A DNA stretch of 64,000 nt. It comes from Candidatus Omnitrophota bacterium (GTDB taxonomy: Bacteria; Omnitrophota; Gorgyraeia; Zapsychrales; Zapsychraceae). A program made the translations under genes and the position numbers. A model generated the notes under the pieces. That model searched no databases. It was not told the DNA's origin and saw only the letters and a program-made list of their open reading frames with translations. Below are positions 20,914 to 29,511 of the stretch, in pieces (positions within the stretch are counted from its first letter, which is position 1; each line of letters starts with the position of its first letter). The DNA lies in NCBI GenBank assembly GCA_023247445.1, contig JAHFGL010000005.1:11087-75086 (forward strand), in the 5' to 3' direction.

Positions 20914-21773
20914 TGAAACTAAACAGATCTTGCTATCTTCTATTTGTTATTTGTTTAATCAGCTTAACGGGCTGTTCAAAAAAGTCTCCTCCTCCCCCAA
21001 CATCATCTGAAGCGCATCAAAAATTAATTAAAATCTGTAAGGAAGAATTCAAGGAAAACATTACGTTAAAAGACGTGGGCAAAACACTCTGGATTTATTT
21101 TCCCATGAAAGAAAATATGTTTGAGATCAAAGCTAGCCGTCCATCGGAAGAAGAAAACAAAGATCCCAAAACTAAACAGGTCGTTCGTTTTATCGATGGA
21201 TCATTTAAAGACGAGAGCTTCCACATTAAATACGATATTATCTCTAACAAAATTTATAGCAAAAGTTATGGCTATGCGTCCTCTTATTCAGAAATTTATC
21301 AACGAAAACAGCGTCAAATCTTCGATGCCTTTTCGCGGGCTTATTTGGAGGCCAATCCTGGGCCAGAATTTATTGTTTTTGTCATCGCAGATATCACCAA
21401 CGGTGTTGAAAGTGAAAATATTCTATATTTCAAAGATCTGAAAGAATCTCTAACGGTCTCACCTGAAGAATATTTAAAGCGCGTCGTTTCTGACTTGCGC
21501 GGAAGTTTAGACATTATTAACGACACCACTGGGACACATTTAAAATATTTAGAGATCACGATGCCCAATTTTCTCGCTAAACAGATCATCAATCGCATCA
21601 ACTTTAAATATCAACGCAGTTCCTTCCCTCCCGAAAACGATCCCGTCACTGAAATCAAGAGTATCCTAAGTGAAACCTTCCAAGCTTATGAATTTCGCGA
21701 TTATCAATCGGTTGAGTTGGAAGATTTGGACAAGCTAAAGACGACAACAATTTTAAGGACAGAATTAAATTAA
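20913..21773 (+). CDS. Lipoprotein of unknown function, translationally coupled to the FtsH-like gene
   Basis: TAATG stop/start overlap. Lipobox LTGC after the signal peptide, followed by a PPPP linker. Confidence 0.7.
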   Translation: MKLNRSCYLLFVICLISLTGCSKKSPPPPTSSEAHQKLIKICKEEFKENITLKDVGKTLWIYFPMKENMFEIKASRPSEEENKDPKTKQVVRFIDGSFKDESFHIKYDIISNKIYSKSYGYASSYSEIYQRKQRQIFDAFSRAYLEANPGPEFIVFVIADITNGVESENILYFKDLKESLTVSPEEYLKRVVSDLRGSLDIINDTTGTHLKYLEITMPNFLAKQIINRINFKYQRSSFPPENDPVTEIKSILSETFQAYEFRDYQSVELEDLDKLKTTTILRTELN

Positions 21774-21834
21774 CGACCTGGAGAAATACTTTTTACAACT
21801 GCGAAAAAAAATCTGCCCTTAAGTTTCAATCGGT

Positions 21835-21903
21835 CGTCATCCTGAGCAAAGCGAAGGATCTCTTCGGAGATCCTTCAGTCGCTTTCGCTCCTTCAGGATG
21901 ACG
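21835..21903. repeat. REP-like palindrome, GTCATCCTGAGCAAAGCGAAGGATC...GATCCTTC...CAGGATGAC variant
   Basis: Imperfect inverted repeat between the lipoprotein gene and purN. Confidence 0.7.
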
Positions 21904-21906
21904 GTC

Positions 21907-22506
21907 TTATTCAACAGTAACTTTCCTTCCCTTAACCTTCAACTTCCCCTGGGCAAAGAGAGCAATCGCTTTAGGATAAATTTTGTGCTCAACACTGTGG
22001 ATTTTCTCGGCCAGAGATTCCAACGTTTCATCTTCGGCAACTTTGATGGCTTCCTGCATAATCATCGGCCCATGATCCATTTTCTCATCGACAAAATGAA
22101 TGGTCACGCCTGTTACCTTAGCGCCATAGGTAAACGCATCTTTGATTCCATCAATTCCTTTAAAAGATGGCAAAAGCGATGGATGAACGTTTAAAATCTT
22201 TTGCGGATATTCGCGGATAAAAAATGGTGTTAACAATTTCATATAACCTGCTAATACAATAAAATCAATTTTTGCTTCTTTTAAATGAATAACAATAGCC
22301 CGTTCGTAGCTTTGCGGCGTGGCGTAATGTTTGGGATCAACAAAAAGCGTTTTGATGCCTGCCTCCTCGGCCCGCTTTAAAGCATAGGCCTTTCTATTAT
22401 TAGAGAAGACAAGCACTAGCTCGGCCTTAATCTCTGCCGCTTTAACGCTATCGATGATTGCTTGTAAGTTGCTTCCGTTTCCGGAGGCGAAAACTGCGAA
22501 ACGCAT
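21907..22506 (-). CDS. purN: Phosphoribosylglycinamide formyltransferase
   Basis: 199 aa; FASGNGSNLQAI N-terminus; the formyl transferase fold pattern. Confidence 0.9.
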   Translation of the reverse strand: MRFAVFASGNGSNLQAIIDSVKAAEIKAELVLVFSNNRKAYALKRAEEAGIKTLFVDPKHYATPQSYERAIVIHLKEAKIDFIVLAGYMKLLTPFFIREYPQKILNVHPSLLPSFKGIDGIKDAFTYGAKVTGVTIHFVDEKMDHGPMIMQEAIKVAEDETLESLAEKIHSVEHKIYPKAIALFAQGKLKVKGRKVTVE

Positions 22507-22533
22507 TTCGTAAAGCTCCTTTATTCATTTTAT

Positions 22534-22723
22534 CGTCATTCTGAGCAAAGCGTACTGACTTTGCCATATTTATATTTAGATGAAGTCAGTACGTACCAAC
22601 TTCATCTAAAATATTTAAAGGAAAGTTGGTGCGAAGAATCTCTATACACTCAAGAAACTCGGAGATCCTTCGTCCACCTCTGGTGGACTCAGGATGACTT
22701 AGTAAACGTATACGTTTACTAAG
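22534..22723. repeat. Composite nested palindromic element: GTCATTCTGAGCAAAGCG...GGACTCAGGATGAC arms enclosing several internal hairpins, followed by a perfect 30-nt palindrome gacttagtaaacgta|tacgtttactaagtc
   Basis: Read directly: arms at 22534-22552 and 22685-22698. Internal hairpins are gtactgactt/aagtcagtac, ccaactt/aagttgg and tccacc/ggtgga. Confidence 0.7.
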
Positions 22724-22739
22724 TCAATTATGCCATGTT

Positions 22740-24011
22740 CTATTGCGAGAAAGCAAATCCACCTTTTAGCTTCGCAATAATAAAACCAATAATTCCCACC
22801 AAGGCAAAGATAATCCCAACGCCAATTAAAATCCAAACACACCCAACAAATTTTGATAGCCATGAACTTAAAAACATCGATAGCAAAAACGCCAGATGAA
22901 TAATAACCTCAAGCGCACTAAAAACCTTCCCGCGCATAGACTCATCGCTGACAATTTGAATCGTCGTGTTAGTCGCAATAAAAATAGGTCCAACAATTAA
23001 CCCCAACAAACCAGAAAGCACCATCGCCATTTTAATATTAGGATAGTGCTGTACAAAATACGCAAAGAAAACCAACATGCATCCACCAAAAATAAGACAA
23101 AAGAAAATGGTGTTATACCATTTAAACTTTTTACCATACTTTCCATAAAGGATTGCGCCCAAAAATAACCCTATGCCCAAACACACCGCTAAGACACCTA
23201 AATCTTTCGTTACACTCTTAAAAGATTCTTGAATAAAAACAATCAACACCACGTAAATGGCCCCGGCGGCAGCGAACAAAATTGATAACATCACAATAAT
23301 TAAACGGATATCTTTGTGCTGAAACAGATACGCTAATCCTTCTTTAAATTCATCCCACAATGATCTTTTGATAGTTCCCAACATTTCTCGTCCACGACTC
23401 AGAATCTGTTTTCTATTAAGCCTCCACTTTAGTGGCATATCAATAGAGAAAATAAGTGCGCCTGAAATTAAAAAAGTAAAAGCATCAATAATAAAACCGT
23501 TTCTGGCCCCAAATTTATCAATCAAAAATCCACCGAGTGCACAACCCATTACAAAAGCGATCATCCCCGTTGTTGTTACTAAAGAATTAGCCGATAATAA
23601 ATTATCTTTAGTAACCAAATCAGGAATAATGGACATTTTCGCCGGAACATAAAAACGACTGAAGGAAAAAATTAAAAAAACTAAACAATAAATCGGAACC
23701 ATCGAAGTTTTATAAATGAAAACAAATGGAATAAGAAGAACAAGCGCGCAGCGAATAAGATCACAAACAAAAAGAGTTGTCTTGCGGTCCCAGCGGTCGA
23801 CAAAAATACCCGCGATCGGTTGGATAAAGAAAACGGGAATAATCGTACAAGCCATTAATTTTGCCAGCTCAATGCGCGAACCAGGAAAGCGTTCAGCCAT
23901 GAGTCCTACCAGCGCCAATTGATGAATACGATCGCCGAACTGAGAAATTACCTGCGCCAGCCAAAGCCGCAAAAAATTACGATTTTCATGATGAGTTAAA
24001 ACCTTAATCAC
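22740..24011 (-). CDS. MFS transporter (GTG start)
   Basis: 423 aa with 12 predicted TM helices. The start codon is GTG (top strand cac at 24009-24011). Confidence 0.8.
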   Translation of the reverse strand: MIKVLTHHENRNFLRLWLAQVISQFGDRIHQLALVGLMAERFPGSRIELAKLMACTIIPVFFIQPIAGIFVDRWDRKTTLFVCDLIRCALVLLIPFVFIYKTSMVPIYCLVFLIFSFSRFYVPAKMSIIPDLVTKDNLLSANSLVTTTGMIAFVMGCALGGFLIDKFGARNGFIIDAFTFLISGALIFSIDMPLKWRLNRKQILSRGREMLGTIKRSLWDEFKEGLAYLFQHKDIRLIIVMLSILFAAAGAIYVVLIVFIQESFKSVTKDLGVLAVCLGIGLFLGAILYGKYGKKFKWYNTIFFCLIFGGCMLVFFAYFVQHYPNIKMAMVLSGLLGLIVGPIFIATNTTIQIVSDESMRGKVFSALEVIIHLAFLLSMFLSSWLSKFVGCVWILIGVGIIFALVGIIGFIIAKLKGGFAFSQ

Positions 24012-24013
24012 AG

Positions 24014-25906
24014 TTACTTTTTTTCCTTTAGTTGTTCGCTTAAATCATCTGCCGATTTGTTATAAACTTTCGCCTGATCAAGAAAACCAAGCTGATGGTA
24101 GCTTTCTGCCAATCGCCGCAAAGCACGCTCATCAAGTTCATCCTTCTCTCCCTCTAATTTAACCATTCGTTCATAGTATTCAATAGCTTTCTGCCATTTT
24201 TCTTTCGAATCATAACTAGCGGCTAAATTAAACAATGCATTTTTGTAAAATGGGTCAAGGGCCAAGGCCTTCTCATACTGCGCCATTGATTCATCAAGAC
24301 GTTGGGTTTTCCAATACATAACTCCAAGGCTGTAATAAAGTCCGGCATTATCCGGTTCTGTTTTAAGACGATTCAAATATAGTTCAATAAGAATCTGGTA
24401 ACTTAAATTCAAATTGTTTTTAAGAATGTGTTCCAGTTCGCCGGCATTTTTAACATTCTCATACTCCTGAATTCCTTCCAAATACTTCCCTTGATCACAA
24501 AGAACCTTGCCCAAACCAATCCGGGCACGGGCATCCCAGGGATCTTTATCGATAGTATAACGAAAATGTTTCTTAGCATCCTCATAACGACCGCATAATC
24601 CGTAAGCCACCGCTAAAGAATTGCGTACGCGGGCGTTATTCTGATTATGTTCTAACGAATGTTCAAACATTGCGATTTGTTGTGTAGCATAAATATTTTG
24701 TTGAATCGTTGTCAGTGAAAGAAAAACATAAAAACCAATAATCAAACCTGTCATAAACGCTGTGCCGACAGTTTTTCTTTCCATTATCTTTGAAATAAGT
24801 TGTTGTGCGGCTAAAACTAACAAAACAAATATCCCAACAGAAGGCAAATACAAGAAATGATCGGCGGTTGAAATCCGGTCCCAAGAAACTTTGACGGGAA
24901 TTATTTGCGCGACCGGCAAGAGATTAATAACAAACCATAGAATAAAAAAACTTATCACAGCTGAAATTCGTCGTCTAAACTTTACAACCCATGTTCCTAA
25001 GGCCAACCATGCCCCTAATGCCGCAAGAAATTGGATATCAGCTAAATTTTTTAGAGTTGCCATCGATCGGTCATAATACATATCCACAGGAAAAATAAGT
25101 AATTGCAAATAGGTCACCGTTGCTTTTAAAAATGTTCCGATACCTAAAATCGTCACCATAATCAGTGGCCAATGAAAAACGGCGGTAATCCCCAATATCT
25201 TGCGCCAAACAAAGTAAAAAACAGTCGTGGCCACAAAAGTAAAAAATATTCCCCACTTTTGGCGTTGATTAACTTTAATTTCATCTTTAAAACAAACTAA
25301 ATAACTTAAGACAAGAAAGGGCAACATTACCGCAGACTCTTTGGATAAAAGACTAAACATATAAGAAATTAACGATAAAACTAGAAACGGAAGTTTCGTT
25401 CTCGTTGGTTCCAAAGATAAAAGAAAAAGATAGAACGCCCACAACATAAAGAAAGCACATAACAAAATTGCCCGGCCAGGAATATTGGCCACCGCCTCAA
25501 CATGAATAGGATGAATAACAAATAATATTGCCGTCAGTAAGGCCACGATGCGTCGGCCCTGAAGCTTCTCAATGATCAAAAAGACTCCAATTGAGCTCCC
25601 TACATGAAGCAAAACATTGGTTAAATTGTAAAAAAATGAATCAAGTTTAAAGAAATGATACTCAATCATAAAACTCAGATAAACCAACGGACGATAATAC
25701 GAGTTTTCTCCAAAAAAAGACGATCGTAATATTTCACCGACATACTGGAAACTTTTAATTTTGGAATTAAGAATGATTGCGTAATAATCATCCATCGTTT
25801 TAAACGGGGCATGAAGTATTAAACTATAAAGGGAAAATCCCAATATGCCGAGGATCAAAAAAATTGTAAGGTTGGATTTAAGGAGGTTGTTGAATAATTT
25901 ATTCAT
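24014..25906 (-). CDS. Polytopic membrane protein with C-terminal TPR repeats (PMT/DUF2723-like glycosyltransferase-type N-domain)
   Basis: ~11 TM helices then TPR-like repeats. The first 13 codons of the track ORF are translated from tRNA-like sequence, so the start was moved to MNKLFNNLLK. Confidence 0.6.
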   Translation of the reverse strand: MNKLFNNLLKSNLTIFLILGILGFSLYSLILHAPFKTMDDYYAIILNSKIKSFQYVGEILRSSFFGENSYYRPLVYLSFMIEYHFFKLDSFFYNLTNVLLHVGSSIGVFLIIEKLQGRRIVALLTAILFVIHPIHVEAVANIPGRAILLCAFFMLWAFYLFLLSLEPTRTKLPFLVLSLISYMFSLLSKESAVMLPFLVLSYLVCFKDEIKVNQRQKWGIFFTFVATTVFYFVWRKILGITAVFHWPLIMVTILGIGTFLKATVTYLQLLIFPVDMYYDRSMATLKNLADIQFLAALGAWLALGTWVVKFRRRISAVISFFILWFVINLLPVAQIIPVKVSWDRISTADHFLYLPSVGIFVLLVLAAQQLISKIMERKTVGTAFMTGLIIGFYVFLSLTTIQQNIYATQQIAMFEHSLEHNQNNARVRNSLAVAYGLCGRYEDAKKHFRYTIDKDPWDARARIGLGKVLCDQGKYLEGIQEYENVKNAGELEHILKNNLNLSYQILIELYLNRLKTEPDNAGLYYSLGVMYWKTQRLDESMAQYEKALALDPFYKNALFNLAASYDSKEKWQKAIEYYERMVKLEGEKDELDERALRRLAESYHQLGFLDQAKVYNKSADDLSEQLKEKK

Positions 25907-25916
25907 TGGGGAAAGA

Positions 25917-26090
25917 TGAAGCCGACGACCGGGATTGAACCGCATTGACTTTCCTTTAAAAATATTATTGTAGTCAATACGGCGTCAACTCATTCTAGAT
26001 AAAGTCAATGCAGTGCCAACTACCATAATCATTAATTAAAAGAAAGTTGGCGCCGGTGACCCACGCATTACACGGTGTATTGTTCTTAAA
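25917..26090 (-). other. Degenerate tRNA-Thr 3'-half remnant (T-arm/acceptor-like 25917-25941 + anticodon-arm-like 26051-26090) split by a ~110-nt element
   Basis: gccgacgaccgggattgaacc aligns to tRNA-Thr gctggcgacaggaattgaacc. gacccacgcattacacggtg aligns to gacccgcgcattacgaatgcg. Confidence 0.5.
25942..26050. mobile_element. ~110-nt 'gtcaat' element, copy 2 (inserted in tRNA remnant), terminal hairpin ccaact/agttgg
   Basis: cattgactttcc...agtcaatacggcgtcaac...ttctagataa...agtcaatgcagtgccaac + hairpin. ~75% identical to copy 3. Confidence 0.55.
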
Positions 26091-26091
26091 A

Positions 26092-26164
26092 AGCTGGCGA
26101 CAGGAATTGAACCTGCGACCCGCGCATTACGAATGCGCTGCTCTACCAACTGAGCTACGCCAGC
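26092..26164 (-). tRNA. tRNA-Thr (CGU)
   Basis: Reverse complement is GCTGGCGTAGCTCAGTTGGTAGAGCAGCGCATTCGTAATGCGCGGGTCGCAGGTTCAATTCCTGTCGCCAGC. Confidence 0.9.
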
Positions 26165-26406
26165 AAGAATTTTCAAAAAAAACAAATCTTATATTGAGGA
26201 AAAATTCTTGCCGTCCTGACTTCCATTAAAAAATTTAGAAAAGCCAGGGCGGCGCAATAAAAAAGGCCTCTTACTGGCTCATGTTATTACTTCTTGTCTT
26301 TTTAATAACATCATCAGAACCGTTAAGAAACCTGAGAAAAACATTAAAAAAAGGTGGTGCCGCATTGCTGCTACTAAATCAATCTTTTCTTTAAAAAAGC
26401 GTGTCC

Positions 26407-26616
26407 TTATCCCACTTTCAAATATCTTTCAAAACTTAAAGCAATTTTTTTATTACTAAATGAAATATATGTTTCAATCTGCCAGGGAGAAAACTTTCTG
26501 GTATAACCAATAGAGTTTGTATTATGCTCCGTTAAACGTTGATTCAGATTTGTTGTAAATCCAACGTAATGTTTAGTGGAATCCTTTTTACTAGTTAAAA
26601 TATAAACATAATACAT
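26407..26616 (-). CDS. Stand-alone GIY-YIG nuclease-family protein (short; possibly C-terminally truncated)
   Basis: MYYVYILTSKKDSTKHYVGFTTNLNQRLTEHN is the GIY-YIG core. It lies between two tRNA genes. Confidence 0.7.
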   Translation of the reverse strand: MYYVYILTSKKDSTKHYVGFTTNLNQRLTEHNTNSIGYTRKFSPWQIETYISFSNKKIALSFERYLKVG

Positions 26617-26664
26617 TTTATAATTTTGTGCTCTACTTCGCCAAATAGCTTCCGCGGTTGGCTT

Positions 26665-26771
26665 CCGCGTTTGGCTTCGTAGAGCATTCTACTACGCCCT
26701 CATCTTTCAAAGACATAATAGAATGCATTCTACGAAGCCCAAAGCGAAAGCATTTGGGCGTAGTAGAATGC
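26665..26771. repeat. 16-bp perfect inverted repeat (gcattctactacgccc / gggcgtagtagaatgc) enclosing the palindrome tagaatgcattcta and direct repeats; 3' arm abuts tRNA-Phe 3' end
   Basis: Read directly from the sequence. Confidence 0.7.
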
Positions 26772-26841
26772 CGAGACCCAGAATTGAACTGGGGACGCAA
26801 GGATTTTCAGTCCTTCGCTCTACCAACTGAGCTATCTCGGC
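26769..26841 (-). tRNA. tRNA-Phe (GAA)
   Basis: Reverse complement is GCCGAGATAGCTCAGTTGGTAGAGCGAAGGACTGAAAATCCTTGCGTCCCCAGTTCAATTCTGGGTCTCGGCA. Confidence 0.9.
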
Positions 26842-26930
26842 GAGAATTTTCCACTAAAAACCATTAAGAAAAAATTCTTGCAGTCCTGTCTTCTATTCAA
26901 AACTTCTAGAGAAGACAGGGCGGCAAATGT
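26842..26930 (-). promoter_or_regulatory. tRNA-Phe upstream module, paralogous to the tRNA-Thr upstream region (26165-26260)
   Basis: Shared ...cagggcggc...gaaaag.cag..cttc.att.aaaa...gcaagaatttttc...gaaaattct immediately 5' of both tRNAs. Confidence 0.5.
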
Positions 26931-27030
26931 ATTCCACAATCAAATTTAAAAGACCAATTCCCCTCTCAACAAATGCCCCATTTTATATAAGCGTCTATAA
27001 AATGTCAATTGAATCTATTTGGGTTAATCG

Positions 27031-27432
27031 TTATTCATTAAGGTGGGTCATGATCTTGACAAATACATCTTGGGCAATAGAAATCTTTGGCAAGAACGAC
27101 TTACGTGCTTTAACCGTTAGCTTAATATTCGATTGATTAATCGAAGAAATGGTCACCGTGACTTTTGCCCCCTGAACATGGGCAATGATAATCCCGGCCT
27201 CTTGCTGCTGTTCACTAATTGTTCCCATTATCGAAATTACATCAACCGCCGCATCCCAAGCCGCTGAAGCTTCATTATTGGAAACACCCTCAACCGTATC
27301 CGGGCTAACCACATAGCCTCCCAGCGCCCCTATTCCACCAATAATCATATAAACACATCCGGAGGAAGAGAGCACCAGCAAAGAAAATAATGAACATTTA
27401 ATAAATCTATCCCACGACCTTAAAAAATTCAC
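27031..27432 (-). CDS. Lipoprotein of unknown function
   Basis: Signal peptide with lipobox LSSSGC. Confidence 0.6.
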   Translation of the reverse strand: MNFLRSWDRFIKCSLFSLLVLSSSGCVYMIIGGIGALGGYVVSPDTVEGVSNNEASAAWDAAVDVISIMGTISEQQQEAGIIIAHVQGAKVTVTISSINQSNIKLTVKARKSFLPKISIAQDVFVKIMTHLNE

Positions 27433-27458
27433 GTTAACCCCTCACTAAGAATTAAAAG

Positions 27459-27542
27459 TTAACCTAGGTTTCCCTTCTTACCATGATTAGCTTTCTTGGA
27501 TCTCCAGCTTAACTTTCCTCGTCGTTTTCTTTTTTTACTCAT
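27459..27542 (-). CDS. 27-aa basic peptide MSKKRKRRGKLSWRSKKANHGKKGNLG, candidate ribosomal protein bTHX
   Basis: Not in the track because it is under 60 aa. AAAGGA SD lies 8 nt upstream. Resembles the Thermus/Bacteroidetes THX core (GKGDRRTRRGKIWRGTYGK). Confidence 0.4.
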   Translation of the reverse strand: MSKKRKRRGKLSWRSKKANHGKKGNLG

Positions 27543-27622
27543 CTAAATATCCTTTCTACAACTACCCGTTGGTTTCAATGGCTAAATTATACATGATTTA
27601 GCTTTTAGTTCTAGCGAAGAAT

Positions 27623-28288
27623 TCAAAAATCTATCTTTTGTAACACGCCTTCTATTGCGCCAATCGAATTGATAATCTTAAAGGGTTTAAACGAAACAAC
27701 CTCTTTTCTAAAACTCGATCCGGTTACGACCGCCACCGTTTTAATACCCGCCTTCTGACCAGCCTGTACATCAATGGTCATATCGCCAACATATAACGCT
27801 TCATGGGGTTTTAACAATAATTTCTTTAAAATTTCCTTTAAAATATCGCCAGCAGGTTTGCCACGCTTAACTTGATCAGCACAAATAACGCATGAGAACA
27901 AAGACGAAATATTAAGATGTTTAAGAATAATTTTTGTATAAAAACTAGGACGGTTGCTGGCGATCGCCAATCGATAACCATTCTTCTTAAGTTTAAATAA
28001 TAGCTTTTTAGCGCCAGGTAGAAACTTTGTCCCTGTTTTCAAAGATTTTTTATGATGTCGGCGGTAAATGGCTAAAACCCCATCAACATCTGTAGGGGTT
28101 ACAAATCGACTGATAAGGTTTTTATCACCCCAACCGACACTTCGCTTAATCGTTTCATCAGTCAGCGAAGGATATCCCATTTTTTTCAAAGAAAAATTTA
28201 CACTTTGCGCAACGGCCTTATAAGCATTAACTAGCGTCCCATCCAAATCAAAAATAACGAGCCTAATCTTAGCTGCCATGCTTAGCAT
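27623..28288 (-). CDS. HAD-superfamily hydrolase (phosphoglycolate phosphatase-like)
   Basis: FDLDGTL motif I; the C-terminal motif GD..DV. Confidence 0.85.
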   Translation of the reverse strand: MLSMAAKIRLVIFDLDGTLVNAYKAVAQSVNFSLKKMGYPSLTDETIKRSVGWGDKNLISRFVTPTDVDGVLAIYRRHHKKSLKTGTKFLPGAKKLLFKLKKNGYRLAIASNRPSFYTKIILKHLNISSLFSCVICADQVKRGKPAGDILKEILKKLLLKPHEALYVGDMTIDVQAGQKAGIKTVAVVTGSSFRKEVVSFKPFKIINSIGAIEGVLQKIDF

Positions 28289-28448
28289 CTTTCATCATAT
28301 AAAGAATAACCAGTCCAGCTAAAGCCAGAACCATCCCCACCACTCCGCGAAATAAAATAACGACATCCTTCCACCAGACTAGAACCAGACTGATGCCTAG
28401 TATGAGAATGGCAAAACCTAAAATAAATTTTAAAGATTTGTTAAACAT
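28269..28448 (-). CDS. Possible 59-aa two-TM membrane peptide
   Basis: MFNKSLKFILGFAILILGISLVLVWWKDVVILFRGVVGMVLALAGLVILYMMKDAKHGS. Overlaps the HAD start by ~20 nt. Not in the track because it is under 60 aa. Confidence 0.3.
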   Translation of the reverse strand: MFNKSLKFILGFAILILGISLVLVWWKDVVILFRGVVGMVLALAGLVILYMMKDAKHGS

Positions 28449-28457
28449 AATTTAAGG

Positions 28458-28535
28458 GGCTATCAGTCTTCAGCTTTCAGCTATCAGTAGCTGAGCAGCT
28501 TTCTGATAACTGACGACTGAGAGCTGACAGCTGTT
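28458..28535. repeat. AGCT-rich palindromic repeat (copy 1)
   Basis: ctatcag...cagctatcagtagctgagcagct...ctgagagctgacagctg, related to 52746-52826. Confidence 0.6.
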
Positions 28536-29451
28536 AAGACGGCGGCTGACTCTTCCATCGCCTGTGCATCCATCCCCATTCCTGAGGATACCGGCGAACA
28601 TAGTCTTCAATAACCTTAGTAATTTTTGCTGTGTTAACGGTAAGTGCTTCTTTATCATCCGCGTGTTCTTCTAAAATGAGCGGTGGCTCAATGATAATTT
28701 TATGCGTATCATCTTTTTGACGGATGATAAACATCGGGATAAGTGGAGCGCCTGTGCGTCGGGCAAAGGTGATTGGCCCTGTTGCTGTCGCTGCCTTTTG
28801 ACCAAAGAAATCAACAAACACGCCGCCGCCGCTGCCAAAATTTTGATCCAAAGGAATAAAAAGAAGCTGATTTTCACGCAAAACTTTAATCGAAGTATTA
28901 ACACACTCTGAACGTGGATGGCTGTAAACCGTGTTTAACCCTAATCGCGTTCGTTGCGCTTGAAAATGTTTTTCAATAATCTCATCACGGGTTGCCCGAA
29001 TGATCGCATTAGTTTTATATCCTTCTTGCGCGCATCGAATGAGCATTAAAGGGAAATTGCCAAAATGCGCGCTGACCGCAATGACACCCTTGCCTTCCTT
29101 AAAAGCCTTATCCAAATTTTCTTTGCCTTCGAAAACAACACGCTCTTTAATCATCGCTGGATGATCCATAAAATAAATGAGCTCAATCATCCCTCGTCCT
29201 AAATTCTCAAAACAATTTCGAGCGATTTGTTCAACCTCCTGCGGACTTTTTTCTTTACCAAAGGCAATGTTCAAACTTTCAAAAGCAATCTTTCGTTGCC
29301 TAATCGCGACGCGATAAGCTATGGCGATGAATCCATTCGCAAGGCTCGAGACAAAAGAATAGGGTAAGCAATTAAACAGCCAGGAGAAGGTAAAAAGACT
29401 ATTGCGGGCAATGGTGCGTTTAAACTTTTTTAGACGATCATGAAAGCTCAT
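28534..29451 (-). CDS. Lysophospholipid/lipid A acyltransferase (LpxL/HtrB family)
   Basis: 305 aa; N-terminal TM; PF03279-like pattern. Confidence 0.75.
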   Translation of the reverse strand: MSFHDRLKKFKRTIARNSLFTFSWLFNCLPYSFVSSLANGFIAIAYRVAIRQRKIAFESLNIAFGKEKSPQEVEQIARNCFENLGRGMIELIYFMDHPAMIKERVVFEGKENLDKAFKEGKGVIAVSAHFGNFPLMLIRCAQEGYKTNAIIRATRDEIIEKHFQAQRTRLGLNTVYSHPRSECVNTSIKVLRENQLLFIPLDQNFGSGGGVFVDFFGQKAATATGPITFARRTGAPLIPMFIIRQKDDTHKIIIEPPLILEEHADDKEALTVNTAKITKVIEDYVRRYPQEWGWMHRRWKSQPPS

Positions 29452-29511
29452 AATAATGAAAAAGAAAACACATTCTATTTTATGTTCTGAAGAAAAGAAT
29501 GTGTCTTGGAG

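Noticed and set aside
25907-25945. First 13 codons (MRFNPGRRLHLSP) of the 24014..25945 ORF
   Set aside because: They are encoded by tRNA-like T-arm/acceptor sequence. The downstream Met gives a sensible membrane-protein N-terminus
26047-26229. 60-aa plus-strand ORF
   Set aside because: It is translated across the tRNA-Thr gene and the tRNA remnant, which is a typical tRNA-antisense artefact
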